Source: an uncultured Candidatus Binatia bacterium (GTDB lineage: Bacteria; Desulfobacterota; Binatia; Bin18). Taken from it: 64,000 nucleotides of DNA. The notes beneath the pieces were generated by a model, which searched no databases, was not told where the DNA came from, and saw only the letters and a list, made by a program, of their open reading frames with translations. Below are positions 29,828 to 40,302 of the stretch, piece by piece. Positions within the stretch are counted from its first letter, which is position 1; the number at the start of each line of letters is the position of its first letter. The position numbers were made by a program, and so were the translations under genes. The stretch lies in the NCBI GenBank assembly GCA_965214605.1, contig OZ243961.1, positions 4,000,001 through 4,064,000 of the forward strand, read 5' to 3'.

Positions 29828-30907
29828 TTAACAGCGTTTCATCACGTGTTCGGCAAAATCTGCAAACACCTTACGCGCTGACTCCATGGGGGGGAGGAGC
29901 GTAATCTCTTTGAGCCCCGCCTGTTCGGCAGCCCGAACCTGCTCAACGATCTCGTCCGGCGTCCCGACCAGACACACCCCCCGAATGGCCTCGGGCGTGA
30001 TAAAGCGCCGTTCTTCGGGGGCCAGGAAGGTACAATGGCCATTGTGAATCTGTAGATAGCGTTTTTCCAGGGGCGTTTCCATCGCATCGACAAACGCGCA
30101 GTACTCGTCCCAGATGCCGCGAAAAGCTTCCGGAATAAAGTCCTCATTGGCGGTTTGTTTATAAATCTCGTACACAAAATGGAGAATGGCTGCGACCTGT
30201 GAGCCGCACTCGTCAATGACTCGCTCTGAGTTCAGCCGCTCGCCGGCCCGCAGCACAACCGAGGTGGTCAGCGTCGAGGTATGAAATGTCTCCGGCAGGC
30301 TGCGGTCGGCCTTCTCGGCCCCGGCCCGGATCAAGTCCAAGTGATGGGCCAGCACCTCAGGGCGCTCGTTAAAAGCCGAGATCAGTCCGTCGCCAAACTC
30401 CCCTGCCGTTCTCAGTGCCCGCGGGCCGTTGGCGGCGACATAGATGGGAATCGGATTATCCAGGTTCACAAAGCGCAGGTCTTGGTGCAGAAACCGAATC
30501 GAGCGTGTCCGGTCCGCCAGCGTATACTCGACTTCCTCTCCCCGCAGCAGAACTCTGAGTACCCGCAGATATTCCCGGAAGTCCCGAATCCGCATCGGCT
30601 CCATGCCCATTACCCGCATGGCGGTGTGGCCGGTGCCGATGCCCAGAAATACCCGTCCCGGTGCAATCTGATTAATTGAGGCGATTGAGTGGGCCGTCAC
30701 CGGCGCGATGCGCGTCCCGGGAATTGCAACGCCGGTTCCCAGCTGAATCCGTGACGTATGCTGAGCCGCTAGGGCCATCACCGCATAACAATCCGACCAG
30801 ATCATCTGCGAATCTGGGACCCAAGCTCTATCAAAGCCCAGATCTTCAGCGTACTTGATCAGCTGCCAGTCATCGATTTTTGTCGCCATACAAATGCCGA
30901 ATTCCAT
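29828..30907 (-). CDS. LLM-class oxidoreductase (Mer-like subgroup)
   Basis: GFDRAWVPDSQM, IQLGTGV, APGRVFLGIGTG, IPIYVAANGPRALRTAGEFGDG. Confidence 0.85.
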   Translation of the reverse strand: MEFGICMATKIDDWQLIKYAEDLGFDRAWVPDSQMIWSDCYAVMALAAQHTSRIQLGTGVAIPGTRIAPVTAHSIASINQIAPGRVFLGIGTGHTAMRVMGMEPMRIRDFREYLRVLRVLLRGEEVEYTLADRTRSIRFLHQDLRFVNLDNPIPIYVAANGPRALRTAGEFGDGLISAFNERPEVLAHHLDLIRAGAEKADRSLPETFHTSTLTTSVVLRAGERLNSERVIDECGSQVAAILHFVYEIYKQTANEDFIPEAFRGIWDEYCAFVDAMETPLEKRYLQIHNGHCTFLAPEERRFITPEAIRGVCLVGTPDEIVEQVRAAEQAGLKEITLLPPMESARKVFADFAEHVMKRC

Positions 30908-31014
30908 CGTGTCCTCCGTTCATCGTTCACTATTCATCAATCATCCGTAATGCAGCATTTTATCATTGCACGATCCGAGCCAAGATGTGTATAAGGGCGG
31001 GGTGGGGGGCAAAC

Positions 31015-32085
31015 ATGAAGTTCGGTATTTTGTACAATGTTGAGTATCATCCCGAGATCCACGGTACTCCGTCACAGTACTATGAATACATCCTGAAGCA
31101 GATCCAGCTAGAGGAAGAGTTGGGCTACAATTCGGTATGGTTCGGGGAGCATCACTACTCTGGCTACTCTTTCGGTTCTCCGCCGCTGATGGCCATGGCG
31201 GCCGCCGCGCGTACCAAGCAGATCCGTCTCGGTACGGGTGTCTCCCTAGTCCCTCTGCATCATCCGATCCGTTTGGCCGAGGAATACGCCATGCTCGACG
31301 TGCTGAGCCAGGGACGATTGGAGTACGGTATCGGCCGCGGCTTTATTAAGTACGCCTACGAGGTCTTTGGGATTGATGAGGATGAAAACGTCCGCCGCTA
31401 CCACGAGGGGGCGGACCTGCTGGTCAAAGCCTGGTTGGCCGACGCGCCGTTTTCCTACCATGGCGAGTTCTATACGCTCCAGGACTACAGTTTTTTCCCC
31501 AAACCCCGCCAACGGCCTCATCCGCCGATTTATGCCGCCGGAGCGGTGACGCCCGAGAGCTATCAATGGGCCGGCAGTCGCGGTTTTCATCTGGCCACGG
31601 CCTTCTTTATTCCCGATCGTGAAGCGGTGCGGCAGGGGATCATTGCCTATCGTCAGGCGCTGACCGAGCATGGCTATGATCCGGCCCACCGCGAGGTGGC
31701 CGGGGTATACCAGATGTACTGCGGAGAAACAAACCAGGAAGCCCACCGTCACGGTGGTCAGCACGTTTTTGACTACTATCATTTCTTTGGCGGCTTAGCT
31801 GCCCGGCGGCCGCACACGTCTCCGAGCTTTGACCGGCATAAGGTCATGCTCGAAGGCTTCGCCGGGGTGACCTACGACGATCTGGACCGTCGCAACCTGG
31901 TTCTGATCGGTGATCCCGACAACCTGATTGAACGTATTCGGTGGGCCCAGGAATTTTACGGCACTAACTATCTGTTGCTCGAGGTGGCTCAGGGCGGCAT
32001 GCTCCCCGCACATGTCGAAGCCTCACTGGAGCGTTTTGCCAACTATGTGATACCCGCGTTTCGCAACCAGGAGGGGAAGGAATGA
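31015..32085 (+). CDS. LLM-class flavin-dependent oxidoreductase
   Basis: GYNSVWFGEHH, IRLGTGVSLVPLHHPIRLAEEYAMLD, PKPRQRPHPP; ATGA overlap with the next gene. Confidence 0.9.
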   Translation: MKFGILYNVEYHPEIHGTPSQYYEYILKQIQLEEELGYNSVWFGEHHYSGYSFGSPPLMAMAAAARTKQIRLGTGVSLVPLHHPIRLAEEYAMLDVLSQGRLEYGIGRGFIKYAYEVFGIDEDENVRRYHEGADLLVKAWLADAPFSYHGEFYTLQDYSFFPKPRQRPHPPIYAAGAVTPESYQWAGSRGFHLATAFFIPDREAVRQGIIAYRQALTEHGYDPAHREVAGVYQMYCGETNQEAHRHGGQHVFDYYHFFGGLAARRPHTSPSFDRHKVMLEGFAGVTYDDLDRRNLVLIGDPDNLIERIRWAQEFYGTNYLLLEVAQGGMLPAHVEASLERFANYVIPAFRNQEGKE

Positions 32086-33770
32086 AGTTTTATACCTTTG
32101 ATGAGCTGACCTATCCCGACCTGCCGGCTGAAATTGGACCGGAGGTACGGTTTACCAACCGCTTCTGTGACCCGCAGGCGGTGGCCAAGACCTATCACGA
32201 ACACCTTGATGAGTGGGCGATCTGCGAAGACCTGGGTTTCGACGGTGCGTTTGTCAACGAGCACCACTTCACCGCCCTCAATATTCAGCCGGCCTGTAAC
32301 CTCATGGCGGCGGCCATCATCATGCGGACCAACGCTATGAAGGTCGGGGTAATCGGCAACGTCCTGCCCCTTCGCCATCCGATTCGTACTGCCGAAGAGT
32401 TTGCTATGCTCGACTGTTTGTCGGGCGGCCGTTTTATCGGCGGTATCGTACGCGGGGTGCCCCAGGAGTACGTTTCCTACAACGTTGATCCGTTCACCGG
32501 TCGCCAGCGGCTGATGGAGTCGTACGATATTATCCATAGATGCCTAAACGAAGAAGTCTTCGACTATGAGGGCAAGTTTTGGAATCTGACCGGAGTCTCA
32601 ATCTGGCCCAAGCCGCTTCAGCGACCGCTGCCGTTTTGGATGCCAACCGGCTCCCTGGAGTCGGCCGAATTTGCAGCCGAGCGACGGATCTCAGGGGCCC
32701 AGGTCTTTTTTCCGTCCGAAGCCTTTAAAGATGCCTTTGATCTCTACCGTAAGGTCGCCCGGGAGCGCTTCAATTGGCAGCCCGGCTTTGACAATTTTGT
32801 TGGCGCACGTTTAATTCATGTGGCCGAGACCAACGAGCAGGCGCTCAAAGAAGTGCGTGAGGCGGTTTACTATTTTTTCCGCACCATCACCCGGCCGGTC
32901 AATAATCCGGCTCCGGTGCCCGGCTTAACAACCGACCGTTCCTACCAGCATCGGCGCAAGATTGAGCAAGACTTTCCGGGGCCCCAGACCCCGTTTGAGA
33001 CTATGCGGGACAACGGCTTCATCGTGTGCGGCGATCCCGACTATGTTACTCGCTGGTTAGAGAGGGACATGCAAATCGCCGGATATGGGCATTTTATGGG
33101 CATGTTTCACGTTGGGAATCTGGCCCACGAATTGGTCATGAAGTCCAAACGGCTGTTTGCCGAGCAGGTCATGCCGGCGTTGCGCCAGGTGAACTGCGAC
33201 CCGCCGTCCCAGGTCAAAGCTCGGGCTGCGGCCTATGCCGTCAAAGAGGAACAGCCGTCCGGTCCGCTGCCCTTGTACAGCGATTTCAACTACAGCCTGG
33301 TCCGAGAAGCTCCAGAGACCCTCGGTGGTTTTGTTGAGCACCAAAACGGAACCGTGACCAGCGGCTGGGAGATGCAGGTCCCCGAGCGCGAGCCGGACGG
33401 CTTTCCGTACGAGATTATTTTTGTCGGCCCGACCGCTACCTCTCGGGGCAGCGCCATACGTTTACGCCTGGCGACCAGCGACGACGAGCCGGTGTTGGAT
33501 GATGCCCGGGTCGTGTTAGAGACGTATGACCGGAATGGCCAGGATCGCCGGACCGTTTTTGAGGGCAGCTATGGTCAGTTCCGCAGCATCCCGGATCAGC
33601 ACAAGCCGAACGCCGCAATGGCCGCTCAGCAACGGGTCGTGGCTGGTGATCGGTATATGATACGGCTCAGCGTGAGTCTACCGGCAGACGCTCCTCAGCC
33701 AGACCCGGAGGCTGCCGGGTCCTTTTTTGAGCTTGAATGCTTTAAGCACTGGCTGACGATCACCGCTTAG
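32082..33770 (+). CDS. LLM-class oxidoreductase fused to an unknown C-terminal beta-rich domain
   Basis: LLM motifs (GFDGAFVNEHH, HPIRTAEEFAMLD, WPKPLQRP, RLFAEQVMPAL) end near aa 370; about 190 further in-frame residues follow. Confidence 0.85.
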   Translation: MKFYTFDELTYPDLPAEIGPEVRFTNRFCDPQAVAKTYHEHLDEWAICEDLGFDGAFVNEHHFTALNIQPACNLMAAAIIMRTNAMKVGVIGNVLPLRHPIRTAEEFAMLDCLSGGRFIGGIVRGVPQEYVSYNVDPFTGRQRLMESYDIIHRCLNEEVFDYEGKFWNLTGVSIWPKPLQRPLPFWMPTGSLESAEFAAERRISGAQVFFPSEAFKDAFDLYRKVARERFNWQPGFDNFVGARLIHVAETNEQALKEVREAVYYFFRTITRPVNNPAPVPGLTTDRSYQHRRKIEQDFPGPQTPFETMRDNGFIVCGDPDYVTRWLERDMQIAGYGHFMGMFHVGNLAHELVMKSKRLFAEQVMPALRQVNCDPPSQVKARAAAYAVKEEQPSGPLPLYSDFNYSLVREAPETLGGFVEHQNGTVTSGWEMQVPEREPDGFPYEIIFVGPTATSRGSAIRLRLATSDDEPVLDDARVVLETYDRNGQDRRTVFEGSYGQFRSIPDQHKPNAAMAAQQRVVAGDRYMIRLSVSLPADAPQPDPEAAGSFFELECFKHWLTITA

Positions 33771-33824
33771 GAGGAGGGCCAGCCGGGGGACTGCCCGTCA
33801 AGCGTGAAATCAAGGAGGGGGACC

Positions 33825-34667
33825 ATGGGAGCCGGATACGGAGCGCAGTTTTCTCGACACAGCACAGAAGTTGGTGGGCACACTGTCCAATACCTCAAAG
33901 GCGGGCAGGGTCCCCCGCTGCTCTACCTCCACGGCATAGGGGGCTGGGGTCGCTGGGAGACCTACCACATAGGAATGGGAGTGACGAACGAGGTGTACGC
34001 CCCCCACCTGCTAGGCTGGCAGGAGGGAAGGATTCCGCCAAGTGTGCACTCAGTCCGGGACTACGCCCAGGTTATGGTTGGCCTGCTCGACACCCTAGCA
34101 CTTGACCGTGTTGATCTAGTCGGTCATTCGATCGGCGGCTGGCTAGCTCTGTATATCGCGATTGCGCAGCCTGAACGTGTCTCGCGTCTAGTACTGGTCG
34201 ATCCGCTCGGTTTAGACTTTCCGGCTCATCCCGGAGCCGACCTGACCCAGATCGATGAGGAGAGTTTCCTACTTGCCGCGTTTGCCAAGACCGGCACGGT
34301 GTTAATCGCGGCTGACTTTGGCGGGCACCTTGAAGATGTGCGTCGCGGACCAGAATTTAAACGCCAGTGGAAGGGGAGAGAGTTGGTGGTCCAGCTCACC
34401 AACGGCCGAGGCGTGGATCCAGACCTCAGCTCCAGGCTGAAAACCATTCGTGCACCCACCCTCATTATCTGGGGTCAGAAGGATGGTCTGGTTCCCTGGC
34501 GGCACGGCGAGATGCTAGCCGCCGCTATTCCCAGGGCTAGGTTTGCGTGCATCGCCGAGGCCAGCCACAGCCCGATGCGCGACAAACGCGAAACCTTTCA
34601 GCAGCTGGTGCACGACTTTTTGATTGGTCAGGCCGAAGTAGGGCAGACAGGTTCAGATTTTTCTTAG
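33825..34667 (+). CDS. Alpha/beta hydrolase
   Basis: LYLHGIGG, GHSIGG nucleophile elbow, PTLIIWGQKD, ASHSP; AAGGAGG RBS. Confidence 0.9.
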   Translation: MGAGYGAQFSRHSTEVGGHTVQYLKGGQGPPLLYLHGIGGWGRWETYHIGMGVTNEVYAPHLLGWQEGRIPPSVHSVRDYAQVMVGLLDTLALDRVDLVGHSIGGWLALYIAIAQPERVSRLVLVDPLGLDFPAHPGADLTQIDEESFLLAAFAKTGTVLIAADFGGHLEDVRRGPEFKRQWKGRELVVQLTNGRGVDPDLSSRLKTIRAPTLIIWGQKDGLVPWRHGEMLAAAIPRARFACIAEASHSPMRDKRETFQQLVHDFLIGQAEVGQTGSDFS

Positions 34668-34924
34668 GGGCTGCGTGGGTCCGACCCATCAGGTCTGACC
34701 CTTCTCGGCCACTGTTCATGCCGCCCAAGATTTGTTTGATCGCCGCGTGAAACGCCGAGAGTCTGCCTTGCGCCCCGCTTGTCAAGAGCTGTCCGATGTC
34801 GGGGGGCGCTCCATCGTAGACCCGCCACCGCAGCAGCACGAAGCACGCGAGGCTCGTATCTGTTCAGGCCGAGTTTGCAGACGAGTGATCGCGGCCCATG
34901 GCCTTTGTCGCTGCAGGGACGTGT

Positions 34925-35325
34925 GTCATTTTCTGACCTGGCTGCCGTCTCGGGTACACACGAGCTTTCGCTCCAAGAGATAAGCCTGTCCAAGACCTTC
35001 GTGGCACCGGACAGCATGAGGGCCAGCGCGACACAAGTTCGCCATCTGTTTCAGATCATGGCGTTTCTCGGCACAACAGGCTGTTTATTGAGACTTACTA
35101 GACGGACATCATCCTCGGCCTTGGCGCGCTGTTGTGTTTTGCCTCGGTATGGGGTCAATTATCTGGAGAGCGGTCCAAATACGCCAGCGTCCCGATCTGT
35201 ACCATGAATATTGCCGCTGCCCAGCATTGTGGCCCCATTTCTGACCGAACTGATCGTCTAGCTGACCGACAATTGGAATATGGTTTCTCTCTGGCCGTGG
35301 CCGTGATGGTGGTCCGGAATCAACC
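34925..35325 (+). pseudogene. ACS-family (anion:cation symporter) MFS transporter remnant
   Basis: Fragments across frames: FLTWLPS, VRHLFQIMAFLG, YGVNYLESGP, YAS, LPSIVAPFLTELIV*LTDNWNM, FSLAVAVM. These match the ACS C-terminal pattern (VRKL..., GVNHLDIGP.YA, PGIV...TG.I......W..VF). Confidence 0.55.
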
Positions 35326-35460
35326 GGCGAGACCCTCTTTGACTAGTCAGAGACGCCGTAGAGGGGTAGAGTAGTATAGAGCCTTGGACACTGAGAGCTG
35401 GGCCCTTGAGCGGTCGGAGCAGATTTTGGCCCAGGTGAGGGACAGAAAGGAGACCCGACT

Positions 35461-36258
35461 ATGGCAGACCAGGGACAGGACTGGGTCGAAGAAACGATAT
35501 CGGTGGCTGGCACCGAATTAGCGATTATTAGCGGCGGGAGCGGTCGGCCGTTGCTCGTCCTCCACGAAGAGTTGGGCCATCCCGGCTGGTTCAAATGGCA
35601 CGCCGCGCTGGCTCGTGACCATCGCCTGCTCATCGTCCAGCAGCCCGGCTTCGGCAAGTCGCCCCGGCTTGATTGGACCCGCAGCATACGCGATCTGGCA
35701 GCCTTTTACTCGCGTGTCCTGCGCGAGCGTGAGTTGGTGCCGATCGACGTGATCGGTTTTTCGCTTGGCGGCTGGATAGCGGCCGAAATGGCGGCCAACC
35801 ACGCCGGACAGTTTCGGCGTATGATCCTGGTCGGGCCAACCGGAATTCAACCGCCTCGCGGAGAGATCAAGGATCTATTCATTCGGACCACACGCAGGTA
35901 CCTTAACGAGAGTGTTCTCAACCCGAGCCGCACGCCTGAATTTGCGCTCCTGTACGGCGGCGAACAAACCCCCCAGCAGTTCGAGGTATGGGAGGATGCC
36001 CGGGCTGAGGTTGCCCGCCTCGCCTGGTCTCCCTATCTCTTTAACCCTAGCCTCCCATACTTGCTCCAAGGGGTGAGCGGTCTCCCGACCCTGCTGATCT
36101 GGGGCGGCCAGGATGAGGTGGTCCCGTTGAGCGCCGGCGAGGTATATAAAGAGTCGATTGAGGGGGCCGAGTTGGTCGTGCTTGAGCAGTGCGGCCACCG
36201 TCCCGAGATTGAACAGTCGAACGAATTCATCAAGGCTGTCCAACAGTTCCTTGGCTAA
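35461..36258 (+). CDS. Alpha/beta hydrolase
   Basis: QPGFGKS, GFSLGGWIA, PTLLIWGGQD, CGHRPEIE; AAAGGAG RBS. Confidence 0.9.
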   Translation: MADQGQDWVEETISVAGTELAIISGGSGRPLLVLHEELGHPGWFKWHAALARDHRLLIVQQPGFGKSPRLDWTRSIRDLAAFYSRVLRERELVPIDVIGFSLGGWIAAEMAANHAGQFRRMILVGPTGIQPPRGEIKDLFIRTTRRYLNESVLNPSRTPEFALLYGGEQTPQQFEVWEDARAEVARLAWSPYLFNPSLPYLLQGVSGLPTLLIWGGQDEVVPLSAGEVYKESIEGAELVVLEQCGHRPEIEQSNEFIKAVQQFLG

Positions 36259-36294
36259 GCATGGCCGGCAACGGCCGACAAAGGAGGGTGCACT

Positions 36295-37590
36295 ATGCAT
36301 ATCATGTATTTTTCAGAGCGGCCCTACCATCCGGTGCCTGAGGAAGTCCTGCTCAGGAACGGCTACTGGGGGGTCCCTAACACGTATTACGATCCGGCCG
36401 TTGCCTCACGGTTGTACAACGAATACCTTGACGAAGATGTGTTCGCCGAGAAGATGGGCTTTGACGGTATTATGCTCAACGAGCACCACGGCTTAATCCT
36501 GTGCATGGGGTCGGTGGTCGATGTCGAAGCCTCGATTTTGGCCCGGATCACGGAGAAGGTTCGCATTGTTCTACTCGGCAACCCCTTGCCGGTGGTGGGC
36601 AACCCCTTGCGGCTGGCCGAAGAGTTGGCCGAAATCGACCTGATTTCCAAGGGCCGTCTGGTCGCCGGTTGGGTCCGTGGTGGGGGGACTGAGCAGTTCG
36701 CCAATAATACCAATCCGTCCTATAACCGGGAGTATTTTAACGAGGCCCACGATCTGATCGTCAAAGCCTGGACCACGCCGGGTCCGTTCCGCTGGGAGGG
36801 CAAACACTTTAACTATCGATTTGTGAATCCGTGGGCCCTGCCACTACAAAAGCCCCATCCGCCGATGTGGATTCCTGGCCTGGTCAGTCCTGAGACGGTC
36901 CAGTGGTGTGCCAAACACCGCTATCCCTATATTGCCCTGGCCACCTATCTCGAACCGACTGTAGAACTGTGGAATCTGTATGCCGAAGCAGCGGCCCAGG
37001 AGGGCTATCAGGCCGGCCCGGAAAACTTTGGCTATTTACAAAAGGTGTATGTCGCTGAGACCGAAGAGAAAGCCCAGGAGCTGGGCAAGCAGGATTTATA
37101 CGGCGGGGGGATGTACACCGCCATTCGACCTGAGTGGCTGTTCCCGTCCGGCTATAACTCCAAGGCGGCGACCAAACGTCTGGCCCGTCAGTTCACCGAT
37201 CCCAAGGGCCGCACGCAGCTCTTTACCGGCTATGAGGGCCAGAGTATCGAAGAGGCCAAGGCGTCCGTGTACGGTTTATACCCCCACGCCCAGGAGTCCT
37301 ACCAGCTGATTCGGGGCACGCCTAAGACCGTCATTCCCAAGCTCCGCAAGATCCTAGAGGTCCTGCGGCCGGGTGTCTTTGGCCTGTGGCAGAACGACGG
37401 TCCGATCGGCCATCCCGAGCGGATGAACAATATTCGGCTGCTCGGTGAAGAGGTGATCCCGGCAGTCCGAGAAATCGCCAAAGAGTTGGGGCTGGAAAGC
37501 CCGCTTGAGCGCCAGCCCGGCTCGCGGTCTCTGCCAGCAACGGGCCAGTGGGATCCGGTTGCCCAGAGTGAGGCTCTGGCGGCTCTGTAA
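36295..37590 (+). CDS. LLM-class flavin-dependent oxidoreductase
   Basis: GFDGIMLNEHH, NPLRLAEELAEID, PLQKPHPPMW, IRLLGEEVIP; AAGGAGG RBS. Confidence 0.9.
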   Translation: MHIMYFSERPYHPVPEEVLLRNGYWGVPNTYYDPAVASRLYNEYLDEDVFAEKMGFDGIMLNEHHGLILCMGSVVDVEASILARITEKVRIVLLGNPLPVVGNPLRLAEELAEIDLISKGRLVAGWVRGGGTEQFANNTNPSYNREYFNEAHDLIVKAWTTPGPFRWEGKHFNYRFVNPWALPLQKPHPPMWIPGLVSPETVQWCAKHRYPYIALATYLEPTVELWNLYAEAAAQEGYQAGPENFGYLQKVYVAETEEKAQELGKQDLYGGGMYTAIRPEWLFPSGYNSKAATKRLARQFTDPKGRTQLFTGYEGQSIEEAKASVYGLYPHAQESYQLIRGTPKTVIPKLRKILEVLRPGVFGLWQNDGPIGHPERMNNIRLLGEEVIPAVREIAKELGLESPLERQPGSRSLPATGQWDPVAQSEALAAL

Positions 37591-37596
37591 ACGATA

Positions 37597-37628
37597 GGCC
37601 CGGCGGGAGTGTCTCCCCCCGCCGGGCC
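37597..37628 (+). terminator. Hairpin after the LLM gene
   Basis: GGCCCGGCGGG-agtgtctccc-CCCGCCGGGCC, an 11-bp GC stem 6 nt after the stop; weak U-tract. Confidence 0.5.
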
Positions 37629-38831
37629 CGGAGCCAAGCGCTCTTGGTTAAGTGGTGTATCCTGTCTGAGGAGCAGTCCTGACGGCCGTCTCATTGACAA
37701 CGGTGCACGCGGACCGCAAGCGGTGGCGGGCGGCGCTGGAATCACGATTCGTCGGGCAGGCTGTCGGACTCATCCTACTGCTGGTCGGTGGCTCGTCTCT
37801 TTGCAACCGCCTTTGACGAGAACACGGCCGCTGGGCGCAGCTAGAAAGCGTTGGCTAGGCTTTCCGAAGGCGGAGTCGGCCCGGTTCAGTCTCTCTTTCG
37901 CCGTCCCATGTGATCCCGAGTATCCGTCCCTCCTCGTCAATCCTGACCCTTGCAGCCCGCCTACCCGAGGAAATGGGTATTCGGTATCCAACAATCCCGC
38001 TGGCCGTGTGTATGCCTCTATCACCGCGTGGTTTGGAGGCCGAGACCCCAGTCCAGTTCTTGTACCGCTCTCTCCCAATATCTGTATCCATTCGCTGCCT
38101 ATGGGTCGATGAACTTTGTCTTCCACGATGGGACCGGGCCCTTGTTTGTCGAGAAAGTAGGTTTTTTATTCTCCAGCACCGGCGCCGGGGTGCTGTCCAG
38201 AAATCTCAGCGGTGCCCTGAGCCCTTCCCCCATCTAGCGACAACGGTTTGATGACGCTCCGAGACGGGCCGCCTCGAAATTTTTGTGACGGCGGCTAGGG
38301 ACTGATATGCTGCGTGAAACTCTGCGGTTTGCGACCACCCGTCCACAGATGGCGGGTGCTCAAGCTTGGTTTTGTGAGGGGGGACTTAAGGATGGCCGCT
38401 TGATGGGGCGCTGAGTATCTTTCCGCTGCGCACGGCCATGTCACGGGCGGGCCGACCGACTGGGGCCAGATTGAGGTGCAACGCACGAAGCTGGGTAACC
38501 CGGAGTTGAGAGAGCGGGGCTATACTCCCTTCATCCATCCGCCCTGAGACATTGCGGGCGCTCCCCTCGCCTATCAGGATGCATCCAGCCGATAGAGTGG
38601 TCCGAGGCCCAGACTCCCTGACCGCTTGTCCGTCCGGGCCTCATGCGCCACAAGAGCGGTATCTGGATCGACGGCTCTATCTTGAGGGCGAGTGGCCTGA
38701 AGAGTTTTTCTTCAGCTGGGGCTTGGGACATGCCCCGAGCAGCGTCAACTCGGGCTGCCGCCAGAGCTGATGGGCGGTTGGGAGTCCAAAACGCGGCCGG
38801 GCGGCTCATTTTCAATGATCGGGACGGGACC

Positions 38832-40244
38832 CTAGAAGATCGAGGTCCACAGGCTGTACAGCGCAAAGCTGCCGTATACACCCGAGGCCACCAGCATCAT
38901 GCCGATGCAAACAGGCCCCGGCCGGGCTGAGACGGGCAGGTAGCGGAGGTTTAGGTAGAGCATCAGCGGCACGTACATGGCCATTGAAAAGCCGCCCAGC
39001 AGCGCGGCGTTAAAAATAAAGCCGAGTCCGGTCACCGCGTACTGTTCAAAGAACCATGTGCTGCCAGTTCCGGCCAGCATGAACAGGACGGCAAACGGCA
39101 CATAGAGTTTGGCTTGATCAACACGCTCACCAAACGAAAAGCTGGTACGCAGAATATACGCCCACACCCGTGCGCCGCCATCGACCGCCACCAGCTGAGT
39201 GCTGAACAGGGCTGCCATACCGATGATCAGATACAGATAGCGCCCAAAGCTCCCCAGAGTCTCGCCCAGGATAAGTGACTCGTCCCAAATAATCTGGCCC
39301 TCGGTCGGCACTAGGCCGAGCGGTCGCAGCACGCATAGAGCGCCGAACATAAACAGGAACATAGTGAAGCTATTGAGCAGCCAGAAGTACAGCGTCTGGT
39401 CAAACACAACCCAGCGAAACCAATCTTTAAACGCGCGGCGGTTTTTTTCGGTTTCCGGATAGGTATAGCCGGTTGGAATAGTCGTATCGGCCCCGCCTCG
39501 GAGCGGATTCTTCAGGGCTGCCATCCGAGCCCCCATGCCGATGCCCTTATCGCGTAGATAAAAGGCGTACCACAGGTTGCCGGCTCCGCCAGCTCCGGCA
39601 AACACAACCGCGCCGAAAAAGCGGGTGAAGGGAAACTCCTCGTCCAGCTCAACATGCCCAAAGTTCACCAGCCCGCGTGCCATCTCGCCGACGGCGTCTA
39701 GAGTACCGACCTGAAAGGCGACGAAGATCAGACCCAGCGTCATAAAAATGACCAACCCGATCGTGATCCGCTCAACCGCTTGATACATGACCTTCGGACC
39801 AAACAGCACAACCGCGACCGAAGCAAAGGTGAGCCCGGTCCACATCCAGTCCGGGCCGGGCCCATCCGGTCCGAACAGGAGGGCCTTGAGCGCCGCGCCC
39901 GAGATGCGGGCCCAGCCGGGCAGGAACAGGGTCACAAAGCCGATGAACAGCAGGGTGTAGATAAAACCCATCCACACACGGGCAAAGCCGCTATACGGAG
40001 CCTCGCCAGTGACAATTGCCCAGCGGCCGATTTCGATATTTACCCACAGTTGCAGGAAGACCCCCAGTGCCGCTGCCCAGACCATAGTGGCCCCGAACTT
40101 GGTGGTGATCCACGGCCACAGCACAATCTCGCCCGCCCCGATCGACAGCCCGACCAGCACCGCGCCCGGCCCGGTCATACGCCAGAATGACTGGCTGCGG
40201 AGTGGCAGGTCGGCCGTTCTGAGTGGCGCGATGTGAGAACTCAT
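38832..40244 (-). CDS. Nramp/MntH-related (APC superfamily) transporter
   Basis: GPGAVLVGLSIGAGEIVLWP, EIGRWAIVTGE, about 11 TM segments, ALFSTQLVAVDG. Confidence 0.75.
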   Translation of the reverse strand: MSSHIAPLRTADLPLRSQSFWRMTGPGAVLVGLSIGAGEIVLWPWITTKFGATMVWAAALGVFLQLWVNIEIGRWAIVTGEAPYSGFARVWMGFIYTLLFIGFVTLFLPGWARISGAALKALLFGPDGPGPDWMWTGLTFASVAVVLFGPKVMYQAVERITIGLVIFMTLGLIFVAFQVGTLDAVGEMARGLVNFGHVELDEEFPFTRFFGAVVFAGAGGAGNLWYAFYLRDKGIGMGARMAALKNPLRGGADTTIPTGYTYPETEKNRRAFKDWFRWVVFDQTLYFWLLNSFTMFLFMFGALCVLRPLGLVPTEGQIIWDESLILGETLGSFGRYLYLIIGMAALFSTQLVAVDGGARVWAYILRTSFSFGERVDQAKLYVPFAVLFMLAGTGSTWFFEQYAVTGLGFIFNAALLGGFSMAMYVPLMLYLNLRYLPVSARPGPVCIGMMLVASGVYGSFALYSLWTSIF

Positions 40245-40302
40245 GCCTTGCCTTTCTTTCCCTGTTCGTGATTTTACAGTGCGGAACTGTTATTTAGCAC
40301 GT

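Noticed and set aside
37640-38820. 1.2-kb spacer considered for ncRNA or riboswitch
   Set aside because: No conserved riboswitch or tRNA elements seen; more likely decayed coding DNA.
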